Shown: one piece after another, positions 21,069 through 30,802 of the stretch
How the letters are laid out: every line of letters starts with the position of its first letter
How positions within the stretch are numbered: position 1 is the first letter of the stretch
Assembly (NCBI GenBank): GCA_963744995.1
Contig: CAVUWA010000005.1
Location: forward strand, 128,001-192,000
Origin: Candidatus Eiseniibacteriota bacterium
Lineage (GTDB): Bacteria; Eisenbacteria; RBG-16-71-46
Direction of reading: 5' to 3'
Length of the DNA stretch: 64,000 nt
Position numbers and translations under genes: made by a program
Notes under the pieces: generated by a model
Seen by the model: the letters and a program-made list of their open reading frames with translations, nothing else
Database searches by the model: none
Told to the model about the DNA's origin: nothing

Positions 21069-22207
21069 GCGCTCCCCCGGTCGATGAACCAGCCCATCAC
21101 CGAGAGCAGGATCCAGATCGCCAGCACCGCGATGCCGAAGATCCGGGCCCGCTTGAGCGACGCATCGCTCGCCTCACCGCGCCACCAGAACGGGAACAGC
21201 AGGACCGCGAACCCCATGACCAGCGACAGCAGGCCCGCGAGCCACGGCGGCAGCGGCGTCCCCTGCCCGAGCGCGTACGGCACGAGCAGATACCAGGGTG
21301 GCCCGAGGCCCACCGGCGTCGAGTACGGATCGGCCTGCGCGCGGAACGGAAACGGCGTGAGCACCGACAGCGTCACCATGATGCCGAAGGCGAACACCGT
21401 GAGGATCAGCACCGAGTAGAGGTGGTGGCGCAGCGTGGTGGTCTGCAGGGGGTGGCCCGGCGCCGGCTGGCCGAGCCCGACACGCCGCTGGGTGCCGAAC
21501 GTCACGTAGAGGAAGGCCACGTAGATCATCGGCACGATGACGATGTGCAGAATGTAGAACCGCATCAGCATGTCGGCGTTCACGACGGTGCCGCCCAGCA
21601 GGAAGCCCGTGAACGGGCCCACGATCGGAATGGACTGCACTACCTCGAGCCCGCGCACGAGGGTCCAGTACGAGTGCGTGTCCCAGGCCAGCAGCCGCCC
21701 CGTGAAGTCCGCCTTCAGCACCAGAATCGCGAGGACGACGCCGCTCAGCCAGAGCAGCTCGCGCGGCGCGCGATAGAGCCCGTCCCAGAACAGGCGCGCG
21801 ACCCGCACCAGCACGACCACGATCAGCGACCACGCGCCCCAGGCGTGGATCTGGTGCACGAACCAGCCGAACGGCAGGTCGCGCACGATCATGCGGGTGC
21901 TGATGTAGGCCTCCTGCGGCACCGGACGGTAGTAGAAGGCAAGCAACAGACCCGTCACCACCTCGACCCCGAACAGGATCGCGGCCAGCACGCCCAGGAC
22001 CCGCGGCCAGCGCGCGTAGGTGGGCACCTGCTGCCGCGAGACGTCGCGCAGCACCTCGCGGATCGGCCGCGCCGTGTCGATCGGCGTATAGACGAGTCCG
22101 AAGTGGGTGATCAGCGAGAACAGCTGCGTGAGGTTGATGCGCCGTTCCAGCCATTCCACCCAGTTCGCCCGTCCGGCCGGGCGATCGGCGTCGGCAGAAC
22201 TGCTCAT
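21065..22207 (-). CDS. Divergent cytochrome b of a Rieske/cytochrome b complex (copy 2) lacking both heme bH ligands
   Basis: TGLLLAFYYRP, FGW..HQIHAW, PRELLWLSG, RFYILH; second His of helices B and D replaced by Arg and Thr; PEWY is PPWY. Confidence 0.9.
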   Translation of the reverse strand: MSSSADADRPAGRANWVEWLERRINLTQLFSLITHFGLVYTPIDTARPIREVLRDVSRQQVPTYARWPRVLGVLAAILFGVEVVTGLLLAFYYRPVPQEAYISTRMIVRDLPFGWFVHQIHAWGAWSLIVVVLVRVARLFWDGLYRAPRELLWLSGVVLAILVLKADFTGRLLAWDTHSYWTLVRGLEVVQSIPIVGPFTGFLLGGTVVNADMLMRFYILHIVIVPMIYVAFLYVTFGTQRRVGLGQPAPGHPLQTTTLRHHLYSVLILTVFAFGIMVTLSVLTPFPFRAQADPYSTPVGLGPPWYLLVPYALGQGTPLPPWLAGLLSLVMGFAVLLFPFWWRGEASDASLKRARIFGIAVLAIWILLSVMGWFIDRGSA

Positions 22208-22680
22208 GAGAGCAGCACGTAGATTTCGCCCGCGCGCACCGACACGTCATAGCGCGCGAGCGGGCGCGGCGGCGGCCCGGCGAGCACCGTCCCGGACATG
22301 TCGAAGCTGCCCTCGTGACAGGGGCAGACGAGCGTGCGACGGCTCTTGTCGTAGTTGAGGATGCACCGCATGTGGGTGCACACGGCGGAGAGCGCGATCA
22401 CCTTCTCGGCATCGACCCGAACGACGTAGAACGGTGACGTGCCGTGACGGATGAGCCGCCCCTCGCCGATGCGGAAGTCCTCGAGCAGACCGACCCGCAC
22501 CAGCCGGTCGACGATCTTCTCACCAACGTGCGGCGCCTTGAGGTAGGCGGCCGCCACTCCGGCGGCGCCGAGTCCCCAGAGGCCGAGAAAGGCCCGGCTC
22601 AGCCAGGTGATGAACTGGCGGCGCGAGCCGCGCCGGGGTGCCGTCGCTGCGTCCTGTGAATCCGGCGTGGGTTCGGTCAT
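22204..22680 (-). CDS. Rieske [2Fe-2S] subunit (copy 2)
   Basis: Start reassigned to ATG 22680; SRRQFI Tat motif plus TM helix; CTHMRC, CPCH; GPPPRPL. Confidence 0.92.
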   Translation of the reverse strand: MTEPTPDSQDAATAPRRGSRRQFITWLSRAFLGLWGLGAAGVAAAYLKAPHVGEKIVDRLVRVGLLEDFRIGEGRLIRHGTSPFYVVRVDAEKVIALSAVCTHMRCILNYDKSRRTLVCPCHEGSFDMSGTVLAGPPPRPLARYDVSVRAGEIYVLLS

Positions 22681-22730
22681 CGACTCGAAGAATGGAAAGG
22701 GGACACGGTCTGCACTTGCGGATCGGCGGC

Positions 22731-22759
22731 AGTATAGGCAGGGCCTCGGTGAGCGACAA
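22731..22759 (-). promoter_or_regulatory. Putative sigma70 promoter for the second Rieske/cytochrome b operon
   Basis: TTGTCG-N17-TATACT, 50 nt upstream of the ATG. Confidence 0.55.
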
Positions 22760-22772
22760 GTAAGACTGATGG

Positions 22773-22788
22773 AGCATTGAGGGTGCCG
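22773..22788 (-). promoter_or_regulatory. Putative sigma54 -24/-12 element
   Basis: CGGCAC-CCTCA-ATGCT (GG-N10-GC). Confidence 0.35.
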
Positions 22789-22855
22789 CCGGCGCGCCGC
22801 CCCGCCGATCCGGACCGCGCGACGGCCGCGCCTGCGGCAATCGCGCACACCTTCG

Positions 22856-24001
<1,146 letters not shown>

Positions 24002-24058
24002 GGTGGGCCTTCCATGGTGAGAGTGCGCCCGGAAGTTATCGGAAACGGCGTCCGGGGT

Positions 24059-25276
24059 TCAATGCCTGCCTCCGGGGTCCGGCGACGTCCCGGGCGCCAG
24101 CAGGAACGCCATGATCCGCTCGACCCGCGCCGCCCAGGCCGCCTCGTTGTGCACGGCGCCCTCGATCTCCTCGTAGTGAAGGTCCTTTCCCTCCACGTAG
24201 CCCCGTGCGCGCAGCGCGTCGCGCAGGACGCGCACCTCGTCCACCTCGCGCGCGGCATCGGCAGCTCCACGGCCTTCGCGGGTGCCGACGTCGAGCCAGA
24301 TCTTGAGGCCCGCGCCCGCGCCCGCGGCGACCCGGCGCGCGAGATCGCCGCCTCCCCACCACGCCGCGGGCGAGACCACGCCGATGCGGGTGAACACTTC
24401 CGGATGCTCGAGCCCGAGCCAGAGCGACACCAGGGCCCCGAGCGACGAACCCACCACGCCGGTGGCCCCGGGCCCGGGCCGGGTCCGGTAGGTCAGGTCG
24501 ATGAACGGCTTGAGCTCCTCGATCAGAAACCGGGCGTAGGCCGCCGCCCCGCCGCCGCCGTGCGCGCGATCGGCGGCAGGAGTGTACTCGCTCATCCGGT
24601 CGGGCGTGTTGTCCACCGCCACCACGATGAACGGCGGCACCCGCCCGCTCTCGACCAGCCGGGTCGCCGCTTCGTCCACGCCCCATTCGATCCCGATGAA
24701 GCTGGTGGCGGCGTCGAACACGTTGTTGCCGTCGTGGAAGTAGAGCACCGGATAGCGGCGCGTGGTGTCGGCGTCGTAGCCGGGCGGCAACCAGACCCGC
24801 ACCGTGCGCGGTCTCACGAACACCGACGGGAAATCGCGATGCTCGCGGACGTCGCCCGTCAGCGTGTGCCGCCGGGCGGGCGGTGCTCCCTCGAACCGGT
24901 CGCGCCACGCGGCCACGGACACGCGCACGGTATCGGGCCCGTCGATCCGCCGGGTGCGGTTGGCGATCTCCTCGCCCGTGGCGCCCTTCTCGACCGTCTC
25001 CCAGCCGCCGCGCGTGACCTTGAACTCGAGCGCCGCCCCGCGCTCGATGAGAACCGTCGCGATCCAGCGCCCGCGCTCCGCCGGGGCGAGCCGCACGCCG
25101 CGTCCGCTCCAGGCGCCCAGGGCGTCGACGTTGCCGGAAATCCAGATCGCGTCCGCCGCCGGCGTCGAGTCGGGCACCCGGACTTCGAACCTCACCGGCA
25201 CCGTGTCCGCAGCGGCGCGCGCCACGCCGGGGCCGAGCAGTACGAGCGCGAGCGGCACGAGGGCGGCGCGCCGCAT
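24059..25276 (-). CDS. Secreted CBM20-like domain + alpha/beta-hydrolase (esterase family)
   Basis: Start ATG 25276 coupled to the DedA stop; signal peptide; ISGN..LGAW..FKVTRGGWETVEK; YPVLYFHDG.N, GSSLG, HNEAAW. Confidence 0.85.
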   Translation of the reverse strand: MRRAALVPLALVLLGPGVARAAADTVPVRFEVRVPDSTPAADAIWISGNVDALGAWSGRGVRLAPAERGRWIATVLIERGAALEFKVTRGGWETVEKGATGEEIANRTRRIDGPDTVRVSVAAWRDRFEGAPPARRHTLTGDVREHRDFPSVFVRPRTVRVWLPPGYDADTTRRYPVLYFHDGNNVFDAATSFIGIEWGVDEAATRLVESGRVPPFIVVAVDNTPDRMSEYTPAADRAHGGGGAAAYARFLIEELKPFIDLTYRTRPGPGATGVVGSSLGALVSLWLGLEHPEVFTRIGVVSPAAWWGGGDLARRVAAGAGAGLKIWLDVGTREGRGAADAAREVDEVRVLRDALRARGYVEGKDLHYEEIEGAVHNEAAWAARVERIMAFLLAPGTSPDPGGRH

Positions 25277-25941
25277 CAGCCTTCGGCGGCGTCGCTCCGC
25301 GCCGCGGCCTCGCGCCTGAGGCGCCGTCCCATCCATTCGACGAAACCGTAGAGCACGGCCATCAGGGCGACCGCCACCACGAACCAGAGCAGCTTGTCCT
25401 TCACCACGTGGGCGAGTGCCTCCGGGTCCTGCATCAGGTTCGGCCGGTCGGCCAGCACCCGCGCGCCGAACCACGTGAGCACCAGCGTCCAGCTGAACGA
25501 GCCGAGCAGCGTCATCGTGGTGAACACGCGGAAGCTCATCCGCGCCGCTCCGGCCGGCAGCGACACCAGATGCCGGACCACCGGCAGCAGCCGGGCGAAG
25601 AAGATCCCCGGGCCGCCGTAGCGCTGGATCCACTGCTCGGCCATGATCCATTTCTTCTCGGGCACGAACACGTAGCGCCCGAAGCGGAGGATCAGCGGAC
25701 GCCCCAGGGTGCGCGCGACGAAATAGGAGATCGCCGAGCCGGTCCACGAGCCCATCGTGCCGGCCGCCACCACGCCCCAGAAGTGCATGCGTCCCTGCGC
25801 CGCCCAGTAGGCCGCCGGCGGCAGGACGACCTCGCTCGGCAGCGGAAACACGGTCGATTCGATCGCCATCAGCGTGAAGACGCCCAGGTAGCCCCAGTCG
25901 TGCACGAGCTGGAACCACAGCGTGAACAGGGAATGGAACAC
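25276..25941 (-). CDS. DedA family membrane protein
   Basis: GTG start with GGAGG RBS; ESTVFPLPSEVV, ARLLPVVRHLVSLPAG. Confidence 0.9.
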   Translation of the reverse strand: MFHSLFTLWFQLVHDWGYLGVFTLMAIESTVFPLPSEVVLPPAAYWAAQGRMHFWGVVAAGTMGSWTGSAISYFVARTLGRPLILRFGRYVFVPEKKWIMAEQWIQRYGGPGIFFARLLPVVRHLVSLPAGAARMSFRVFTTMTLLGSFSWTLVLTWFGARVLADRPNLMQDPEALAHVVKDKLLWFVVAVALMAVLYGFVEWMGRRLRREAAARSDAAEG

Positions 25942-25943
25942 GT

Positions 25944-26822
25944 TCAGGCGCCTCCGCCGGCGGCGGCCGGCACCGCCCGCGCACCGGGGGCGACGGTTTC
26001 GGCCCACGTGAAGTCGTCGCCCTTCGCGACCGGACGCCCGAGGGCGACCTCGGGATCGTGCTCGAGGCAGATCCACGCGTGCTCGGCGGCGGCGCGCTCC
26101 AGCAGCGTGCGCTTCTCGGCCATGGTCTCGATGACGGCCATGTCGTAACCCATGACGAACGGAATCCGCACGTGCGAGCGTGTCGGGATCAGGTCCGCCA
26201 CGAAGTACAGCGTGCCGCCCTCGCCCGCGACCCGCACCAGGCGCTGCCCGCGCGTGTGGCCCTCTGCATGGATGAACGTGACGCCCTCCCACGGCGTGGC
26301 GGTGGACTCGCCGGACTCCAGCACGCCCGCCCCGGCGAGCGGTTCGAAGTTCTCGCTCATGTAGGAGGCGCGCTCGCGCGGGTTGGGCGAGCGGGCGTTG
26401 TCGAGATTCGTCTGCCGCACGTGGTAGCGGGCATTCGGCAGCGCCGGAACCAGGCGGGCCCCCGCCCTGCGCGTCGCACCGGCTGCATGGTCGAAGTGCA
26501 GGTGCGTGAGCACGACGTCGGTCACGTCCGCCGGCGTGAGATGGAGGTCGGCGAGCGCCCCTTCCAGCGTGAGCGCCTGCTCGACGCGATAGATGTCCAC
26601 GAGCTTCTCCGTGAACTTGGCGCCGATGCCGACGTCCACCAGCACCCGGCGCCGGCCGTCGTCGAGCAGCAGACAGCGCATGGCCAGGCGAATGCGATTG
26701 CGCTCGTCGGCCGGGTGCTCGCGGCTCCACAGCGGCTTCGGCACCGAGCCGAACATCGAACCGCCGTCCAGCCACAGGTGTCCGGTCTCGAGCGTGTGCA
26801 GGGTCCAGGGACCGATCTTCAT
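25944..26822 (-). CDS. MBL-fold metallo-hydrolase (YtnP-like)
   Basis: LDGGSMFG.VPK.LW, THLHFDHA, GHT.G, ADLIPT, HDP. Confidence 0.9.
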   Translation of the reverse strand: MKIGPWTLHTLETGHLWLDGGSMFGSVPKPLWSREHPADERNRIRLAMRCLLLDDGRRRVLVDVGIGAKFTEKLVDIYRVEQALTLEGALADLHLTPADVTDVVLTHLHFDHAAGATRRAGARLVPALPNARYHVRQTNLDNARSPNPRERASYMSENFEPLAGAGVLESGESTATPWEGVTFIHAEGHTRGQRLVRVAGEGGTLYFVADLIPTRSHVRIPFVMGYDMAVIETMAEKRTLLERAAAEHAWICLEHDPEVALGRPVAKGDDFTWAETVAPGARAVPAAAGGGA

Positions 26823-26947
26823 GGAAGGCATGACGTCAGGATGACGGGGCCCGCGGGGCGGGTCAACCATGCCGCGGGCGTGGCAAACAACGTCGCGCCC
26901 CGGCCGGGTGACCGGAGCGCGACCGTGCTTCAGGCACGTGCAACGCG

Positions 26948-27700
26948 TTACTGCCGATACTTCGTCTTGAGCGCTCCGAACGAAAGCGGCTGGGTCGGGG
27001 TCGCGCCGAATGCCGTGACTTCGAACACGAAGTCGTTGAAGTCGTTGTCGGTCGTCGTGCAGCACGGGCCGGGATCGGCGCCGCTGTCGACGTCCTCGAA
27101 ACAGACGAGCCAGGTGTTCGGTCCGGCGAAGTCCGAGATGTCGTACACCAGCGCCTGCATGTCGCCGCCGGCCGGCGCGTGCAGCGCGCCCGAACCGTCG
27201 GGACCCGCATCGTTGTAGAAGCGGTTGGTGAAGAACAATTCCGGCTCGGGCGCGTTGATGGCGTCGAGCACGCCGTTCGGATTGAGGTAGAAGCCGAATT
27301 TCGTCATCGGTGTCGGCAGGAAGATGACGGCGGAGGTGCCGGGGCCAGAGGGGCCGTCGAAGACGACGCCGTCGTTGACGCCGTCGATGACCGGCTTCGT
27401 TCCGGTTTCGAGGTACCAGCCGAGGATGTTGCGGTTGGCGTTGCCCGCGATCTCGCGCACGAGATAGGTGGACACCTCGTCGCCGACCCAGAACCACGGA
27501 TCGAGGTCGCCGGGATGTGCACCGATATAGTCCGTATCGAAATGAATCGCGCCGGGACCGTAGGCCGTATCCACGATGCTCTGGAGATTGGCCGAGGGTC
27601 CGTCCCAGGACTGGCCCATCACCACATCGACGGGTCCGGCGGCGGCAAAAGCAGGCGCGGCAAACAGCATGACTGTCATGGCGACGGCAGGGCGCAGCAT
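26948..27700 (-). CDS. Secreted protein with DUF4114-like C-terminal region and a short tail TPTQPLSFGALKTKYRQ
   Basis: GGAG RBS, signal peptide ending AFA; FGFYL, FED...DNDFNDFVFEV. Confidence 0.75.
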   Translation of the reverse strand: MLRPAVAMTVMLFAAPAFAAAGPVDVVMGQSWDGPSANLQSIVDTAYGPGAIHFDTDYIGAHPGDLDPWFWVGDEVSTYLVREIAGNANRNILGWYLETGTKPVIDGVNDGVVFDGPSGPGTSAVIFLPTPMTKFGFYLNPNGVLDAINAPEPELFFTNRFYNDAGPDGSGALHAPAGGDMQALVYDISDFAGPNTWLVCFEDVDSGADPGPCCTTTDNDFNDFVFEVTAFGATPTQPLSFGALKTKYRQ

Positions 27701-27761
27701 GAATGCATCTCCACAGGAGCGAGACAGGTTGTCGAGTCGGGGAGACGGCATGCGATCAAGC

Positions 27762-27778
27762 TGCAGCCGCCACGCCGG
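27762..27778 (-). promoter_or_regulatory. Possible sigma54 -24/-12 element
   Basis: CCGGCGTGGCGGCTGCA (GG-N10-GC), about 60 nt upstream of the start, with an AT-richer tract further upstream. Confidence 0.3.
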
Positions 27779-28000
27779 GCAAGGGGGGACCTCGGGCGCC
27801 GGGCGTGATACCTAAGACGACAAACATGTTAGCAGGACAAGTTGAGATGTTGCAAGAGGCCGGATAGGCCCGGCCCGGCCCCCGGTCGGCCCGGTCGAAC
27901 GCGGGCCCGGAGGAGTCCGGGCGCCCGGGGCCGATCCGGCCGGAACCGGGGGCGGCGGACCGCGCCCGGCCGAACGCAGACCACGGCGCCGGCCCCTTCG

Positions 28001-29398
28001 CTAGATGTGGATCGCCCGCTTCCCGACCGCCAGCGCCGCTTCCCTGATCGCCTCGGGCAGCGTCGGGTGGGCGTGCACCGAGCGGGCGATGTCCTCGGCA
28101 CTCGCGCCGAACTCGATCGCGACCGCCAGCTCCGCGATCAGGTCGCTCGCCCGCGGGCCCAGGATGTGGGCGCCCAGCAGCCGATCGGTCGCGGCATCGG
28201 CGAGCACCTTCACCTGCCCGTCCACCTCACCCATCGCCCGGGCCCGCCCGTTGGCCATGAAGGGGAAAATCCCGATCCGGATTTCGCGGCCCTCGGCCGT
28301 GGCCTCGGCCTCGGTCATCCCCACGCCGGCGAGTTCCGGCCAGGTGTAGACGATGCTCGGGATCGCCTCGTAGGGCACGTGGACCGGCAGGCCGGCCATC
28401 CCCTCGACGGCGGCGATTCCCTCCTCTTCGGCCTTGTGCGCGAGCATCGGACCCGGGATCACATCGCCGATGGCGAAGATTCCCGGAACCCTGGTCTCGA
28501 AACGCTCGTTCACGACCACCCGGCCGCGCGGATCGAGCTCCACGCCCACCGCCTCCAGCCCCGCCCCCTCGGTGAACGGGCGGCGCCCCACGGCGACGAG
28601 CAGCACGTCGCAGGTCTCCTCCACCTGCTCATCGCCGATCGCGATCGTCACGCGCACGGCGTCGCCCCGGACCTCGGCCGTCCGGGCCGAGGCGCCGAGC
28701 GTGAAGTGCATGCCCTGCTTCTCGAGCACGCGTTTGAGCATCGCGCCGCTCTTGGCGTCCATCCCCGGCACGATGCGGTCCATGTACTCGAATACTCGCA
28801 CCTCGGCGCCGAGCCGCATCCATACCGAGCCGAGCTCGAGGCCGATCGCACCGGCGCCGATCACGATCAGGCGCCCCGGCACCTCCGGCAGCGTGAGCGC
28901 GTCGGTCGAATGGACGATACGACGGCCGTCCCAGGCGATGCCCGGAAGCGCCGCCGGCCGGCTCCCGGTCGCGATCAGGATCCGCTCCGTGTGGAGCGCA
29001 CGCACGGCGCCCTCGTGATGGACCTCCACGCGCCCCGCGGCGAGCACCTTCCCCGTGCCGCGGATGCCGTCCACCTTGTTCTTGCGGAACAGGCCCGCAA
29101 CGCCCTGGGTGAGCCCCTTCACCACTTTGTCCTTGCGGGCCATCATGGTCGGCAGATCGAGCGACACCTCGGCGCGGATTCCGTGTGCGGCGAAGCCGTG
29201 CCGCGCGTTCGCGAAGTGTTCGCTGGAGTCCAGCAGCGCCTTGCTCGGAATGCAGCCGACGTTGAGGCACGTGCCGCCGAACGAGGGGTACCGCTCGACG
29301 CAGGCGGTCTTCATCCCGAGCTGCGCCGCGCGGATCGCGGCGACATAGCCTCCCGGACCCGAGCCGATCACGACCAGGTCGTAGTGCGGATCCGCCAT
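28001..29398 (-). CDS. lpdA: Dihydrolipoamide dehydrogenase (E3)
   Basis: GSGPGG, GGTCLNVGCIPSK, GAGAIG, HAHPTLPE. Confidence 0.96.
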   Translation of the reverse strand: MADPHYDLVVIGSGPGGYVAAIRAAQLGMKTACVERYPSFGGTCLNVGCIPSKALLDSSEHFANARHGFAAHGIRAEVSLDLPTMMARKDKVVKGLTQGVAGLFRKNKVDGIRGTGKVLAAGRVEVHHEGAVRALHTERILIATGSRPAALPGIAWDGRRIVHSTDALTLPEVPGRLIVIGAGAIGLELGSVWMRLGAEVRVFEYMDRIVPGMDAKSGAMLKRVLEKQGMHFTLGASARTAEVRGDAVRVTIAIGDEQVEETCDVLLVAVGRRPFTEGAGLEAVGVELDPRGRVVVNERFETRVPGIFAIGDVIPGPMLAHKAEEEGIAAVEGMAGLPVHVPYEAIPSIVYTWPELAGVGMTEAEATAEGREIRIGIFPFMANGRARAMGEVDGQVKVLADAATDRLLGAHILGPRASDLIAELAVAIEFGASAEDIARSVHAHPTLPEAIREAALAVGKRAIHI

Positions 29399-29401
29399 GG
29401 G

Positions 29402-30802
29402 CTACACGCCCAGCAGCATGCGTTCGGGATCCTCGAGTCGCTCCTTCACGCGCACGAGGAACGTCACGGCCTGCTCGCCGTCCACGATACGGTGGTCGTA
29501 GGAGAGCGCCACGTACATCATCGGCCGCACTCGGATCTGGTCGTCCGAACCGACCACGGCGCGCTTTTCGATCTTGTGCATGCCGAGAATTCCGCTCTGC
29601 GGCGGATTGAGGATCGGCGTGGACAGCAGCGAGCCATAGACGCCGCCGTTGGAGATCGTGAAACTGCCGCCCGAGAGCTCGTCGAGGGTGATCGAGCCGT
29701 CGCGGGCGCGGGCGGCAAGGCGTGCGATCTCGCGCTCGATCCCGGCGAAGTCGAGCTGCTCGGCCTGCTTCACCACCGGCACCACCAGGCCGCGGTCGGT
29801 GCCGACCGCGACGCCGAGGTGCACGTGACGGCGGTAGACGATGTCGGTGCCGCGGATCTCGGCGTTGATCTCGGGGATTTCGTGCAGCGCAAGGATCGAG
29901 GCGCGCGCGAAGAAACTCATGAAGCCGAGTCTGACGCCGTGCTTCTTCTCGAAGTCCGCCCTGTAGCGGGCGCGCAGGGCGAGGACTTCGGTCATGTCGA
30001 TCTCGTTGAAGGTGGTGAGGATCGCCGCGGTCTGGTGCGCACGCACCAGCTTCTCGGCGATCCGCTGGCGGATCCGGGTCATGGGCACCGCGCGCTCGGT
30101 CTCGCCGCTCTCCCAGGTGACGAGGCCCGACGCGGTCCTGACCGCGTCGGGCGACGCGTGCGCGGGGGCCGTGGCCATCGCCAGGGCGCGCAGACCACCG
30201 GCCGGCGGCGGCAGCGGACCGCCCGTCGGGGCCTTCTCCTCCACGCGCGGCGCGGCCGCTGCCGGCCGGGTCGCGGCCTCCGTCCCGGCGTCGGTCCCGA
30301 GATGGCGCAGCACGTCTTCCTTGAGCAGCCTTCCGCCCCGGCCGCTGGCTTCGATGGCGCGCGGGTCGAGTCCGTGCTGCTCGACCATGCGCCGCACGGC
30401 CGGGCCGAGCGCGGGGGCACCGTCGCCGCCTGCGCTGGGGGCTGCGGGCTCGTCGCCGTTGGCAGGCGGCGCCGCCTTGGCGCCGGCGGGCGCCGCGGCC
30501 GGACCCGGCGCGGGCTTCGCGCCCGGCGCGGGCTTACCGGAGGATGCGGGCCTGGCGGCCGGCGCCGCGGAGGGATCGATCGTCGCGATCACCTCTCCCA
30601 CCTGCACGCGGTCGCCGGGCTTCTTCAAATGTTTGAGTGCGCCCGCCCGGTCGGCGGCGATCTCGACGGCGGCCTTGTCGGTCTCGAGCGTCGCGATCGG
30701 CTCGTCGACCCGCACCGCCTCGCCGTCCGCCTTGAGCCACTCGACGAGCACCGCCTCGGTGATCGACTCGGCGAGCGGGGGAATCTTGACGTCCGCGCTC
30801 AT
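29402..30802 (-). CDS. sucB: 2-oxoglutarate dehydrogenase E2 dihydrolipoyl succinyltransferase
   Basis: Start ATG 30802; lipoyl ETDKA, E3-binding G.GGRLLKEDV, LTTFNE, SYDHRIVDG. Confidence 0.96.
   Translation of the reverse strand: MSADVKIPPLAESITEAVLVEWLKADGEAVRVDEPIATLETDKAAVEIAADRAGALKHLKKPGDRVQVGEVIATIDPSAAPAARPASSGKPAPGAKPAPGPAAAPAGAKAAPPANGDEPAAPSAGGDGAPALGPAVRRMVEQHGLDPRAIEASGRGGRLLKEDVLRHLGTDAGTEAATRPAAAAPRVEEKAPTGGPLPPPAGGLRALAMATAPAHASPDAVRTASGLVTWESGETERAVPMTRIRQRIAEKLVRAHQTAAILTTFNEIDMTEVLALRARYRADFEKKHGVRLGFMSFFARASILALHEIPEINAEIRGTDIVYRRHVHLGVAVGTDRGLVVPVVKQAEQLDFAGIEREIARLAARARDGSITLDELSGGSFTISNGGVYGSLLSTPILNPPQSGILGMHKIEKRAVVGSDDQIRVRPMMYVALSYDHRIVDGEQAVTFLVRVKERLEDPERMLLGV

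Noticed and set aside
27860..28000. GC-rich ccgg/ggcc low-complexity intergenic stretch as a repeat array or ncRNA
   Set aside because: No regular period or conserved unit; similar GC-rich spacers occur at 3013-3080 and 57180-57330.
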